Under the pieces are notes generated by a model. It saw only the letters and a program-made list of their open reading frames with translations. It was not told the DNA's origin and did no database searches. A program made the translations under genes and the position numbers. A stretch of DNA of 62,926 nt, filler included, from Reticulomyxa filosa (taxonomy: Eukaryota > Protista > Foraminifera): the NCBI GenBank assembly GCA_000512085.1. It is 17 parts of 17 records of this genome, joined end to end, with 100 filler letters (N's around TTAATTAATTAA, not from the genome) between each part and the next. Parts side by side here need not be neighbours in the genome. Positions count along the whole stretch, not along the records: positions 35,586 to 41,496 come from ASPP01005457.1; positions 41,597 to 43,886 come from ASPP01023954.1; positions 43,987 to 45,399 come from ASPP01038707.1; positions 45,500 to 48,351 come from ASPP01022327.1; positions 48,452 to 62,926 come from ASPP01024534.1; 12 more parts are not named here. One strand, given 5' to 3'. Each line of letters begins with the position of its first letter. Within the stretch, counting starts at the first letter, position 1. This document shows, in pieces, positions 39,092 through 51,283 of the stretch.

Positions 39092-40318
39092 GTGGCCCCA
39101 TGTAATGGAGTGACTTGACATCCTTGGGATCTCCATTGGACCCGGTGAAGTCGATAGCGACGATGAGGTTGACTTCCATTCCGCCGGTGATATATTCCAA
39201 GAATGAGTACTTTTTCTTAAGATTTTGGCTTTCGATGATGAGCACGCCGTACTTGTGATCGGGCTTCAGGTCGCCTTTTTTATCGCGACGAAACAAAGGC
39301 AACTCTTTGGACTCCAGCAAGGCCGCCAACGTGGTCTCAGCTTCGCCAATAATGGCCGGTTCCGCTTTTTTATTCCAATCCAAACAGCGGATTAAAATGG
39401 GACGCTTCATGTCGCCATTGTTGAGTCTTCGCACAGGGATGTACATTTCTTGCCAGCGAGGCGTATACGTATTCTTAATTACTTCCGACTTATGCACTGA
39501 CATCCATCCACCGTCCTCGGCCTTGCGATACCACTGCAGAAAAGGGTCCGCCTTGCCGAACCAATCCATCTTTGGCAAGTCCTTGGCGCTTAACTTGATT
39601 CGATATTCGTCGTTATTGTTCTTGATCTCCTCGCATCGGATTATTATCGGCACCTGCTGGCTCTTATGCGTTACCACCTTCCCATCTCGTCCCTTCAGCT
39701 TTATCGCCAACTTTTGTCCCTTTGCTGTCATCAGGTCGCCCATCACAAACTCGGCCAATCCTATAAAGTCGTGCTTCGACAAGTCGTTCAAGTGCTTCTT
39801 GTCGTCGCAGTCGTATACTTCCATTCGAAAGATTTGCACTTCTTCGAACATATAATCCAACTTTATCTATTTTTATTAGTTTATACGTACATATATACAT
39901 ATACATATATATATTTATATATTTATATATATATATATACTTATGTATATACACCATATATGTAAATCTAGTTTTTTTTTTTTTTTTAACCTCTTTTGTA
40001 AAGTCCGGATTTGGATTGTCGTCTTGCACTTCTGTCATCCCTATTCTTTCGTAACGGTTGTGCTTTTCATCTTTTCGATAGATCACTACAAACGGGTCGC
40101 TTGGACTTCCTACGTCCATGCTTGGCAGATTGCTTTTTATCATTTGTTTTGTTTTTTAAAAAAAAAAAATTTTTTTTTTTTTTCTTTTGATTTCGCACTT
40201 CCTTTTTTTTTTTTTAAAAAAAAATCAGTATAATCCCGCACCGGCATGAAATGAACACTTCTAGTTGCGTTGACAATGTCACAACTTGAGCTTGCTGTTC
40301 AGGGGGCAGATATGACAT
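39092..40318 (-). CDS. Copine (two C2 domains + start of vWA domain), 3' part missing
   Basis: LEVFISC|.NLPSMDVGSPSDPFVV, TEV.DDNPNPDF, YMFEEVQ..R.EVYD, DLPKMDWFGKADPF, YSFLEYITGG.EVNLIVAIDFTGSNGDP...SLHY. Confidence 0.95.
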
Positions 40319-40674
40319 GCTACCTAATGTATTTTTTTTTCTAGATAATAATGACTAAAGAAAAATTAGAGAGGACCCTGGTCGCGTTTTTGCTACAAAA
40401 ACACTTTCTTTCATCTTTGGCCTTTCTCTTTCTTACTTGATTTGCTCGTCATGCTGATAGTAAAATCCATTCTACTTGCTTGTAAATATAAAAAATAATC
40501 GAAATAGTCCTACTTTTTTTTGTGAATCAGAGAGAAGAAGCTGGCGATTTTAAACTATGTTTCTCCTCCCCCCCCCTGTCTAAAAAAATTCCAATTCCTA
40601 TCATTTGTGTTTTTGAATATAGTATTGGAAAAGAGCATAACGGACAAAACTAGAAAGAAACTCAAAGGTGCTAA

Positions 40675-41496
40675 ATGTTCGACAAAGCGTCAATACGAAA
40701 TGGCAGATGTCAAGTGTACGACAAAGCAATGAAGCTATGTGGAGGAATGGATCAAGAGCCTGTGACCAAAAAGGAAGAAGAAGAAAAAAAAGAAGAGTAC
40801 AAGACTAATGATGGAAAAAGGGAGAGTATGATTGACAAGTATGAAAAAGAATTGAAGATATTGTTATTGTTATGTGGAGATATAATGAGGAGAGAGGAAT
40901 TAGTGGAGGAATTGGAAAGCAGTAATGGGAACGTGCAAAGCATAATTGAAAAGATGGTATCGAGATTGATGGAAAGCGATGACTATGTGCAGATTGAAAT
41001 GCAGCGTGAATCAAAGATAAAAATGCAATTGCAAGCAGAAATGCAAATCCAAATGGAATTGGAGATGGAATTGAGAAGAAAGACAGAAATGGGAATGGGA
41101 ATGGGAATAGAAATGGAAATGGAAAAACAAAAGCAAAAGCAAAGAGAATTAGAAATGATAATGCCTAAGAGATTGAAAAGTACAAAAAGCAAGCCGAACA
41201 ATGATCGAGCGGGTTTGTATAAGGAGGAGGAAAAGACACAGATTGGAGAATTGAAGTCTGGGATTAATTTGCAAGGACTGTGTCGAAATGAGGATTGTTT
41301 GGCAGCAAAGGCACGATTACCAGTGTGGATCAACTTGGGTTTTGATACGATTGTATTGAATAGAATGAGGGGAATGCATTTGTATGTCCCGATTGTAAAG
41401 AGCCGATGATAGAAGCGATTACAAAAGTGTTATTTTATAACTCGGAGCATTGGATCAGAGAGAGGCCAATGACAATGACAATGACAACGACAACGA
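40675..41496 (+). CDS. Hypothetical protein with helical N-terminal segment, Met/Glu repeat and Cys-cluster domain
   Basis: GINLQGLCRNEDCLAAKARLPVWINLGF and, after a frameshift near 41365, FVCPDCKEP..VLFYNSEHWI: putative 4-Cys metal site. Confidence 0.7.
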
Positions 41497-41596
41497 NNNN
41501 NNNNNNNNNNNNNNNNNNNNNNNNNNNNNNNNNNNNNNNNTTAATTAATTAANNNNNNNNNNNNNNNNNNNNNNNNNNNNNNNNNNNNNNNNNNNN

Positions 41597-41855
41597 GAAG
41601 ACGAAGAAAACGAAGAAGAAGACAACGAAGAAATACGTGGCCGTCCACTTCGTCGCTGCAATTTTGAAACCAAAGCAAACAAAAAGTCGCCGAAATGCGC
41701 CGAAATCTACGTCCACAAAGATGATATTGCAGGTCTGTTGGCAAGGGGAAAAAAAAAATGTATCCATCTAACGTTTGTGCATTAAAGACCTTTCAATCAA
41801 TCCTTGGTCCCTCTTTCCTTATTATCTCTTCCTCTCCCTCATCCTTCACTAGTCC

Positions 41856-41888
<33 letters not shown>

Positions 41889-42082
41889 TAAACGTAAAAT
41901 CACTGGCAAAATGGGAGCCCGTGGAATTTTTTTTGCGAACGTCAATTCACAAAGACAAGAAACTGTGCAAAGCGGTAAACGTGACTGGACCAAATGGCCG
42001 AAATGTGAGAGGGTCAAAACAATATCATGAAATATTGAAACATAGCAACAATAGCCATAACAATAACAATAATAATAATAAC

Positions 42083-42120
<38 letters not shown>

Positions 42121-43886
42121 CAATAACAATAACAATAGTAATGATAACAACAACAATAACAGTAAAAATAAATCGAAAATTCAAATAACGTGTTTTGACC
42201 AATCAAAGCTATATTTAAACGAACAAGAGTACCTCGGAATTGTGAAGTGGTACAACTACAAACAAGGATTGGGATTTGTGCGAATAACAGCACCAAACAA
42301 CGTGCTCCACAACGAGGAGTTGTTTTTTAGTCGCAATGATATTGTGATTCCCACCACGGAGTTGATTCTTTCCATGGCGTCCCGAGCGAGAGTGTCGATG
42401 CCACTGCCGCAGATGCAGCCTGGATCAGGAGGGACGGGGTCCTCGTCCGCAGCCGCGTGCACAGGCACAACGATCGTCACGAAAAAAAAAAGAGCAAAAA
42501 GCAGCGTGAGGCGATGCACCAACAAAGGAATGGAAGAGAAAAGAGATGCAAAAGACCTGTATCCATTCAGCGTTGTCAATGACGGCAAGAAATGCTATCG
42601 CGATTTGCCATGCAACGAACGAAAGATTTGGAAAGACTTGAAGCTTGGATTTGAAAGTGACGAAAAAGTAAGTTTTTTCGTGACTTTGGATAAAGATAAT
42701 AAATCCCTAAAGGCCATTTATGTCAAACACTATTTCGATTCGATTACATCATCTTCTTTGGCGGAAAAGGAAAAAGAGATTGTTAAAGATAAAGATAGAC
42801 TAAAAGAAAAAGAAAAGCAAAAGGAAAAAGAAAAAGAAAAGTGTATGCACATAGAAAAAGAAAAAGAGATAACAATGAATCACGGAATGGCGACAACGAC
42901 AATAACGACGATAACAACAACGACAACGACAACACCAACGAATATGACAGAATTGTTTGAAATGTCGCCGAGTCCACCAATGTCGCCGATCTCGTTTGGA
43001 TTGGTCAATTACGACCCGAACAAACACAAGCGTTCCTTGACGGCCTTGGCGGTATCGGGAAGGGAAGAGCACGCGAGATATAATTATAACAGACACAATA
43101 TTCGACCCGTATTGAAGCCCCGCAAGCACTCCAAATCAATCGACGTGTCCAACGAAACGCGTCTCCTTAAGCATCAACTCCATCACGACAATGTCCACGG
43201 TAATAACAATGACAATGACAATGACAATGGCAATGACAACAAGTTGTTATTCGCACGAGACGAGTTTCGTTCGATTGCATTTCCCGTGTTTTCTTCACCT
43301 CTTCATCTTCCTCTTCATCCTTCTCATCCTCCTCCTCATTACTCGCATCACTCTCAATCGCAATCGCAATCGCAATCACAATCACAATCACAATCACAAT
43401 CACAATCGCATTCACATTCACAATCACATTGGATGCCATCACAACAGCAGCAAATATTCTCTTCGATGAAATACCGAGAGCCGACACCGACACTGACACC
43501 ACCATCGACCTCCCATCTGTCGTCCTCTTCGCTTGTGTTTCCACACCCCATGGCGTTGCCTTCGTATTCTGCCTATCCCTCCGGGACGCAGCCTTATGGC
43601 GGCTTGCCTGCCAATGAAGAAATCAGACTCGCGAGGTATGCCAATAGGCGTGCCAAAGTGTCTCGCAAACACCAGTTTGGACATGAGCCACTCCACGCGG
43701 TGGCCAGGCAAAGGAGCCATCATTACTACAATCCTTACCACAATCCTTACCACAAATATGAACACGAAAGAGCTACTGTCATGGCTAACTCGAATGATCA
43801 CAATCATGTACACGAGTATCGTTATGACCATCCCAGTCCTAATCTTAATCCTAATTCTAATTCCAATTCCAATTCCAATTCCAATT
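41597..43886 (+). CDS. Cold-shock-domain (Y-box-like) protein with two CSDs and low-complexity tail; both ends truncated
   Basis: CSD1: EIYVHKDDI|KSLAKWEPVEFF..AVNVTGPNG. CSD2: GIVKWYNYKQGLGFV..ELFFSRNDI...EKVSFFV..KAIYV. Poly-N, KE, T, SQ and NS repeats. Confidence 0.85.
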
Positions 43887-44169
43887 NNNNNNNNNNNNNN
43901 NNNNNNNNNNNNNNNNNNNNNNNNNNNNNNTTAATTAATTAANNNNNNNNNNNNNNNNNNNNNNNNNNNNNNNNNNNNNNNNNNNNATTAACAACGATTT
44001 TCGTCGTCAACAATATTGTGGCGAAAACAGATATATGATATTGCGAGATCAGATATATAGAAGATAACAAACGAAATATCCAAAATGAACAGTCGAAACA
44101 AATATTAACAAGAAAGAATGTCGAAAAAAATTTAGATACTTTTCTATTAAATAAGCCGAAATGGCAATA

Positions 44170-44838
44170 TCAATTGGTCTTGACTCATTCCAAATTTTGT
44201 ATGCCATCACAAGATTATAACCATTGAATCGACCTGATCATCTGATACAACTTTACATCTTCTTATCTTCGTCGAAATTTAAGAGGAGGAAGTTGGGAAA
44301 TAATATCGACTGTGTCATAAGCAGTCTAGTTCATTACACCAAGAATTCTACACATTGCAATCCTTTGTATCGTTTACAATCGTCTCTTATGAGTATCTGC
44401 CGCACCATTCCAAAATGCATAATCTAGACTCAGACAAATGATGGTATTGTATAATAGATTATATATTGATAAACATGGTCTGATACCTTTGTATGAACAT
44501 AAGTATGTCAAATATCCAAGTTTCCTTGCTTTGCTATAGATGTAATTAACATGCTTGGAATAAGTCATGTGTGAGTCAAGAAACAATACAAGATACTTCA
44601 CATGATCGTATTCCTTCAGGTTTCATCTTTGGAAATTTCTTTTTGTTTTGATGTCTGAATGTAATGCATTGCGTCTTATCAGCTGCAAGTAACATCTTCC
44701 TACGTCATCAGCAAACATTCAACATTGAATAGGTTGATGAACGACTGTTGGTAAATCATTAATATACAATAAAAATAATATTGGGGATCCTTGGGGAACT
44801 CCAGTGTTGAATTCCATCCAACCTGAATTTGTTCCAAT
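44170..44838 (-). mobile_element. Decayed non-LTR (LINE-like) retrotransposon reverse transcriptase
   Basis: The minus strand reads ..SGWMEFNTGVPQGSPILFLLYINDLP..C*MFADDV.. and MKYLVLFLDSHMTYSKHVNYI..KARKLGYL..IYNLLYNTII..LDY: RT core and thumb with stops and frameshifts. Confidence 0.9.
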
Positions 44839-44892
44839 TCTCAATGCGATCATGTAAAGTATCGTATTATTTCTTGATTCTCACATGATTTA

Positions 44893-45120
44893 TTCCATAT
44901 TTGACATATTTATCTTCATACAAAGGTCTATCCACGTATAATCTATTTACAAGACCATCATTCGTCAGACATTCATAAGGATTGCAATGTGCAGAATTCT
45001 TGGTGTAATGAAACAGACTGCGCATAACACGGTCAAAGATGTACCACAAATGTGTCATATAGTCAGGTCGATCCAATTGTCATAATCTTGTGTTGGCATA
45101 CAAGACCAAAGACTAATTTA
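44893..45120 (+). mobile_element. Second, inverted, diverged fragment of the same LINE family
   Basis: Reverse-complement similarity to about 44170-44520 (aggattgcaatgtgcagaattcttggtgtaatgaa vs ttcattacaccaagaattctacacattgcaatcct; tcaggtcgat vs atcgacctga). Confidence 0.85.
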
Positions 45121-46649
45121 AATTATATATTATGGATTGTCAAATCGTCGATATTATCCCGTGGATGCGTCCGTGAAGCTGGGGCTGGAGCGCAGGCAGT
45201 TGAACCAAAGTTACATCTAATCACAAATGTTCCACCAATGCAAATTGAAGTGATGTTACAATCAAATAAATCACCATTTATAATCCAACACCATACGAAA
45301 TTTTGTCATCGTTGGACTTTGATTGTAAGTTCAATTTAACCCCCAAAACTTTTGTGATCATCACAAAACTGATTGCCTTGCCTTCGGTGGTCTTTTCTTN
45401 NNNNNNNNNNNNNNNNNNNNNNNNNNNNNNNNNNNNNNNNNNNTTAATTAATTAANNNNNNNNNNNNNNNNNNNNNNNNNNNNNNNNNNNNNNNNNNNNT
45501 AAGAAGAAAATAAAAAAGATTGATAGAAAAAAGAAAAAGAAAATAGAAAAAAATGATAAAAAAAAATGTAAACTTTATTTTATTTTAAGTGTTGGAGCTA
45601 TTACTCCAAAAATGTTGGATCTAGTGGATCTCAACAACAAAAAGTTAAGTAAAATAAATAAGTATTTTTTTTCATATTGACTTGTTTAAAATAAAAAAAT
45701 AGGAATTGAAGCGATGGATCAACAACTATTTGTTATATCTGCGCCAGTCAAGTCACACAACCAAGTGCAGTCTTATGCAATTACATACCAAATCATTTTC
45801 TCGGCATTCAATACAATCATTGTGCTATTTTCCAATATCGGCTCCAACTTTTCTCTCAATCTTCATTCTGTTGTGATGCCAACTTTGGACCGAGTTATCC
45901 ATCATATTCAAGCCAACAAGTTTATTTAAATATCAGTTTTATAGAACATGGCTGCATCGATTAAAGCAAATTACATCGTTCAAAAATTTTTTCGATAATA
46001 TCGTGGAAAATGTGTTATCTATTGCCATGCGAGGAGGAAAAGTTTTTGGTTTGCAGTTATTACTACTATTGTGCTAACTCGATTAGCCCAACGTGGAAGA
46101 TTTATCACAACGTGGAATTTAGTATGTCTTTCCTGGATTCGCTGCGATAGTCCCTTCTACGCTTGCACAAATTCGTTCGATCACTCCCTGGCAATGATAC
46201 CAATCACTCACCATTCATATCCCAATGACAAGAGCCCCAGCTTTGAGCCAATGTAAGACCAAACGATAGCTATCTCAGTATTCTCAACAACATATCATAC
46301 AATGTCTTTCTATACATTTGTACTATAGTTGCGAAGACTGCATATTGCGAGCTGTCAACATGTCGTGGTGATTATGGCTGTTAAAAAGTCATCTTGGAGT
46401 GCGCCGGTCCGTTGTGTTTATCCGATTAAATAGGTCTGTGGATTAATTGTATTGACAGTGAAGACAAGAGCGAACCTGCCGCACAAATGGCTGTAATATT
46501 GAATGCGATAGTACAGCAACAAAGATTCAGCGTTACAAGTTAAATGGAACATTATCAAGCAGATACAACAAGTAACAAAGTAAACTATTTGCGAATTGAA
46601 GTGAATAGTATCTAGATACAATCGCAAACACAAGGCACGGAGTTGTCCA

Positions 46650-48100
46650 ATAGTGGTTATAGTGCGCATATCCGTTAACAATTGTGAGTGGCGCAGAATT
46701 ATTGAAGATGAATTGCGCTGGCAGATGGCTACAAGTTCTCAAGCATGAAGAAAGATGAAGATCTTTATTATCAATGCATAAGCGGGTGAGTCTTTTGCGC
46801 AACAAGAATCGGCACATTACGTTTTACAGTACCAATCGGGTCAGTTTTGAGCGTGGGCTATTCTTTGTTGATATTTGTGTGAATACCAGAGTCAAGCGAA
46901 TGTCGTGTGGCAAGTAGTCTTGAATATTATGTACAAAATTTTTTTGATTTGTTGTCATTCTTTCACGTGCGAATCACACATTGTCGAAGAATGTAATTTT
47001 TTATTTCAATTCAAAGTCAAGTCGTGGTCCACATTATTGTAAAACATTGGTATCGATTTGATTTGAGATATTAAAAATACTTCAAATGGATTGTCGAAAA
47101 GAAGTGCACAATGCAAGGATTTACTGCTTGTAATGCAGTATACAATGCACCATTTTCGCTATGTGCGTTTAATTTAATTACTGCCCCATTGCCACTACAC
47201 TTTTTTTATCGACGCCAACTATTGGGTATAAATGCATCGGGAGTATATGAATATTGGTTAATTATACTTCCGGACTAACTTCCAATTTGATGACCAATCA
47301 TACAATATCGCGCAAAGATTTGGCTGTATCTATTCTCGATCAAGCAAGCAATATCAAAGTTTACCAGCAGCTCAAGCACGTATTAAAGAAGAAGTCGCAC
47401 TCGATCAAAAGAACACACTCATCTATATTTGCAATCAGTGGTCTCAATTGTCGCATCTCCTTAATATCTCTATATGTTCAAACATCGCCTTCAAGATATC
47501 GTGCTAAGATACCTGTGGATAGTCGTTGTCATATCTGGAAGACAATCAATCTTATTTCAAACAAATAATCCTCCAGACAACGGCATAAATTCAAATTTCA
47601 CATGATCCAATATTGCCTTCGAATAGAAATGCGTACGCAATCTCACTTGATGCAAACATAGTGGGACGACAATAGGTCAATGGCTGTCATTTTCATGTAG
47701 CATCCATGCAATGCGCACAATCAAGTCATTTGAGCCAGTGGTGAACTGTGCAATATGACAACATAATTCAAAGCATTGAATATGGACTATTTTGTCTATC
47801 AGTGCAATGGTGGATCATTGACATGTACGGAAAAGTAATTGATGTGTCATTGTTTGGCTCTTCTCCTGCAGCTGTATATTCCAATAACAAGACAAAAGAC
47901 AGCAACCCGAAAGATTGTATCCAATTGAGATATTGGGACACAGATGAAAGCGTCAGATATTGTGAACAAGTGGTTCAAAGCAGCTCACCAGGCATATGTA
48001 ATAAGTATTCTATTGGATATTGCGTTTTTGGTTGTTGTGCAGGAATTGAATACCTTATTCTCGATTACATATGGTATTGAGTGCTTTTCGCAGACACTTG
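46650..48100 (-). pseudogene. Possible decayed NACHT/STAND NTPase gene
   Basis: Coding-like GC content without open frames. Minus-strand fragments occur in NACHT order: QYPIEY.Y..L, LIVF (Walker-B-like), IH.TP..L, FLL..LHLS..E. Resemblance only. Confidence 0.3.
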
Positions 48101-49689
48101 GGCACCTCTAACAATGGCGCTACTCGAATGTACTACATCTAAATTCATGTTATCACATGGAGAAAGCCATGATCATATTAACGACCATAAATGTAACCGT
48201 TTACGGGTCATCGAGAATAAAGAAGGCGATGTGAATCAGTATCCATTAATTGAATACGTTTGTGACAGTACGATTGCCTAATTCTGGTAAATATCGTAAT
48301 TATATCACAAAAAATGGATTGCTTCGTGGTGAATCCACAAATCAATCCATANNNNNNNNNNNNNNNNNNNNNNNNNNNNNNNNNNNNNNNNNNNNTTAAT
48401 TAATTAANNNNNNNNNNNNNNNNNNNNNNNNNNNNNNNNNNNNNNNNNNNNGTATAATAGGGCTTTACCCTACAATACTTTTGTCCTTTTTTTATCCTGT
48501 TTGGAAGAAAGAGATTTTAATTGCGTGATAGATAAATAAATGCCTTTCTATTACATTAACATTAAAATGTTGAACTGTCTTTGAAAATTGTAATAAATAA
48601 AAGAAAAAAGATTGTTTACACTCAGCATGACATACAAATTAACAACCAGACTAGTGATAATTATTTTAATACAAAAAACAAAAATAATCGAACTGAACAA
48701 AACAAAAGACTTTCTATTTTTTACTGTTCACATACCACTCCCATCCCGATCGCTCCCCATCACACCCACAATACCACTCACATATCCCACTGCCACTGAC
48801 ATGAAGGCCAGTGTCACACCAATCTGAAAGGTTGGTGCCATCACACACTACCACACTTCACCAAGTCACCAACATCACACCAATAGTACTTTCATTGACA
48901 TCGTCGATACTAGTACCACTACAGTCACCAGTGCATTGCGTACATAAATACTGGCACAAATATCAATAAACATACTAGCTGACACCACACTAACATCAAA
49001 GCTGTCGCCACTAATGTTGGTACCAACTGATATTGACACTTACGCTAATGTCAATACTGACACTGGCGCCGACACAATATATTGTCTTTATTATTCCAAT
49101 AACAAGAGTATAAATATTCACATTATCGGCATCCCAATCACGATATGATTATGACGTTGTCAGTATATAAACTGACAACATCAGAAATATGATAACAACT
49201 TGTATATAATATAACATGTATTAGTGTGTTGTCAAAATAATAAAAAAAAACTGTTAGTATTTCGTGTCGCAAATTAGCATATACAGTATAATGCAAAATA
49301 AAGTTGACACATAAAACGGCAACTAATATAGATAATTGATTTTCTAATTGAAAAACAACGTACATAATTTTTTAAAAATATCTACTAATATTTCATATTT
49401 TGTACTTTATTTTTCTTTTCTTTTTTTAGCTAATATTTGAATTTTTTAATCATTTTTTTTAAAAAATAGAAAGTAGTTTCGAGTTTTAACAAAGAACGTA
49501 CTGTAGTTTGCGCAAAGTTGCAAAAAAATTTAGTTTAAGTCATGAATGTGGTAAATGGAAGATGAAGTTCAAGACTGAAAAACTTATCAATAAGAAACTA
49601 ATAAAATGACGTTCGTTAAAAGTACTATAACGAATTCAACGTCTTATTTAGAGTGTTAGTGCATTGTTATAAATATAAAATTAATTGAT

Positions 49690-49995
49690 GTGTCAATAGA
49701 TTATTTACAAAGAAATTCTAGTTGACGAAATGCTCAAAAGCATTGATCGGTGTTTAGAATATAATGAATATTGAATATTCCATCAAGATAATGCTAACAG
49801 CCATACAACAATTACAGTAAAAGAATAGTTTAAACAAAATGCTATCAAATTATTGAATTTCACTATAAATTTTACATATCTGAACACAATCGAAAATATG
49901 TGGTGAAAAGTGAAAATAAAAATATATAAAAATGTACAATTCAGATCAAAAGAACAACCTTGGAAACAATTTGAATTAGAATTGGAAAAGAAACA
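49690..49995 (+). mobile_element. Decayed Tc1/IS630-family DDE transposase
   Basis: YKEILVDEMLKSID....*IFHQDNANSHTTITVKE*FKQNAIKLLNFTINFTYLNTIENMW*KVKIKIYK matches the QDNA..H / DLNPIENLW pattern, with in-frame stops. Confidence 0.85.
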
Positions 49996-50398
49996 TGAAT
50001 AAACTTAATAAAATCATAAACTATACTTTCATTCTAAGATTTTTTATTTTAGTGATCAATTTACTCAATACTATTCTTGCATATTTTATTTTTTTTAATC
50101 TATGTTTTGTTTTGTTATTTTATGCGTTCATTTATAAACACACAAAATGTAAATAAATATGTTGGATGTTTGTTTGTGTATAAGTCAACTAAACGATCGT
50201 TCCTTTCACAAGCAGTTTCCACTTGCAGATTTGTGGGCTGATGCCGCTGGCCTTTTTTTTGCCATTTTATATCTTAATATTGGTTTCAGTCGGATTTTGT
50301 TCAGCAGTGGTATGTAAAAATCCACCGTAGCAGTGAACTACAAAAAAGGAGTCGGGCGTTGAAGAAGCTTTAAACAAAACCTAAAATTGAATTTGTAA

Positions 50399-51283
50399 AT
50401 GGCTTCTTTTCACTCCATGATTATTCATTCTCGTCAATTCAAAGTGTCTCGCTCTGTTTCTTCACCTTCATTTCCTTACGTGTTTTCTCTTCGGCACAAT
50501 AATCAACATGTCAAAGCCCTTCCGCGTCCTCCGCGAAAGCTTCCTCCTATTTTTCGAAAAATTCCAATGATGCTTGTATTTACATTTGTGGGATTGCAGA
50601 CATTTTACCTTGCTCGTCCTTATTTGGTATTGAACGTGTATTTTCATGTATTGGATAATAAATGATTACATATGAATATATACATATATATTTCAAAAAT
50701 GTACATATAAAAAGTTTCCAAAAGCTATTGAAAAGGAGGCAGTTGGTCAATTGGAACGACAGCGTTATCAACGAGAAAAGTTTTTGGAATGGAATAGTAC
50801 AAGAGAAGGAGTTGTGGTATTAAAAAGTGGTTTACAATATAAAATAATTCAAAATGCAGAGAATCAAAATAATGATTTATTATCACAACGCACTCCAACT
50901 CTTAATGACAAAGTTGTCTTGCATTTTGAAGGACAATTTATGAACGGTCTTACATTTGCAAGCAGTACCGAATTGAATAGACCTATTGTTAAATAAATTT
51001 TTTTTTTTTTTTTTTTTTGTATAGTGTAATACATATCTATATAAAATAATAATAGCTGGTAAAAGTATCAAATCTGATTGATGGACTCAGTGAAGGAATA
51101 CAATTTATGCACAAAGGAGATACTTTTGAGTTTTATGTTCCTTGGTATTTAGGATATGGAACACAGCCTGTAGAAATAACAGGGGATGTTAAAATACCCG
51201 CTGAAAGTATATTGATTTATTGTGTTAAATTATTGGATATTACATCTGATTCTAAACTTCCGTCTCATCCGCACATCTCGTAA
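50399..51283 (+). CDS. FKBP-type peptidyl-prolyl isomerase (Mip/FklB-like) with organellar-like leader and TM segment, 3 exons
   Basis: FLEWNSTREGVVVLKSGLQYKII..P...DKVVLHFEGQFMNG.TF|..LIDGLSEGIQFMHKGD..EFYVPWYLGYG..IPAESILIYCVKLL. Confidence 0.9.

Noticed and set aside
4101-48451. Regularly recurring TTAATTAATTAA palindrome, and ORFs ending in X..LIN
   Set aside because: Assembly linker embedded in Ns; not a biological repeat or CRISPR array.
48720-49140. CAC/ACT-rich quasi-repetitive tract
   Set aside because: Degenerate low-complexity sequence with no consistent unit or open frame.
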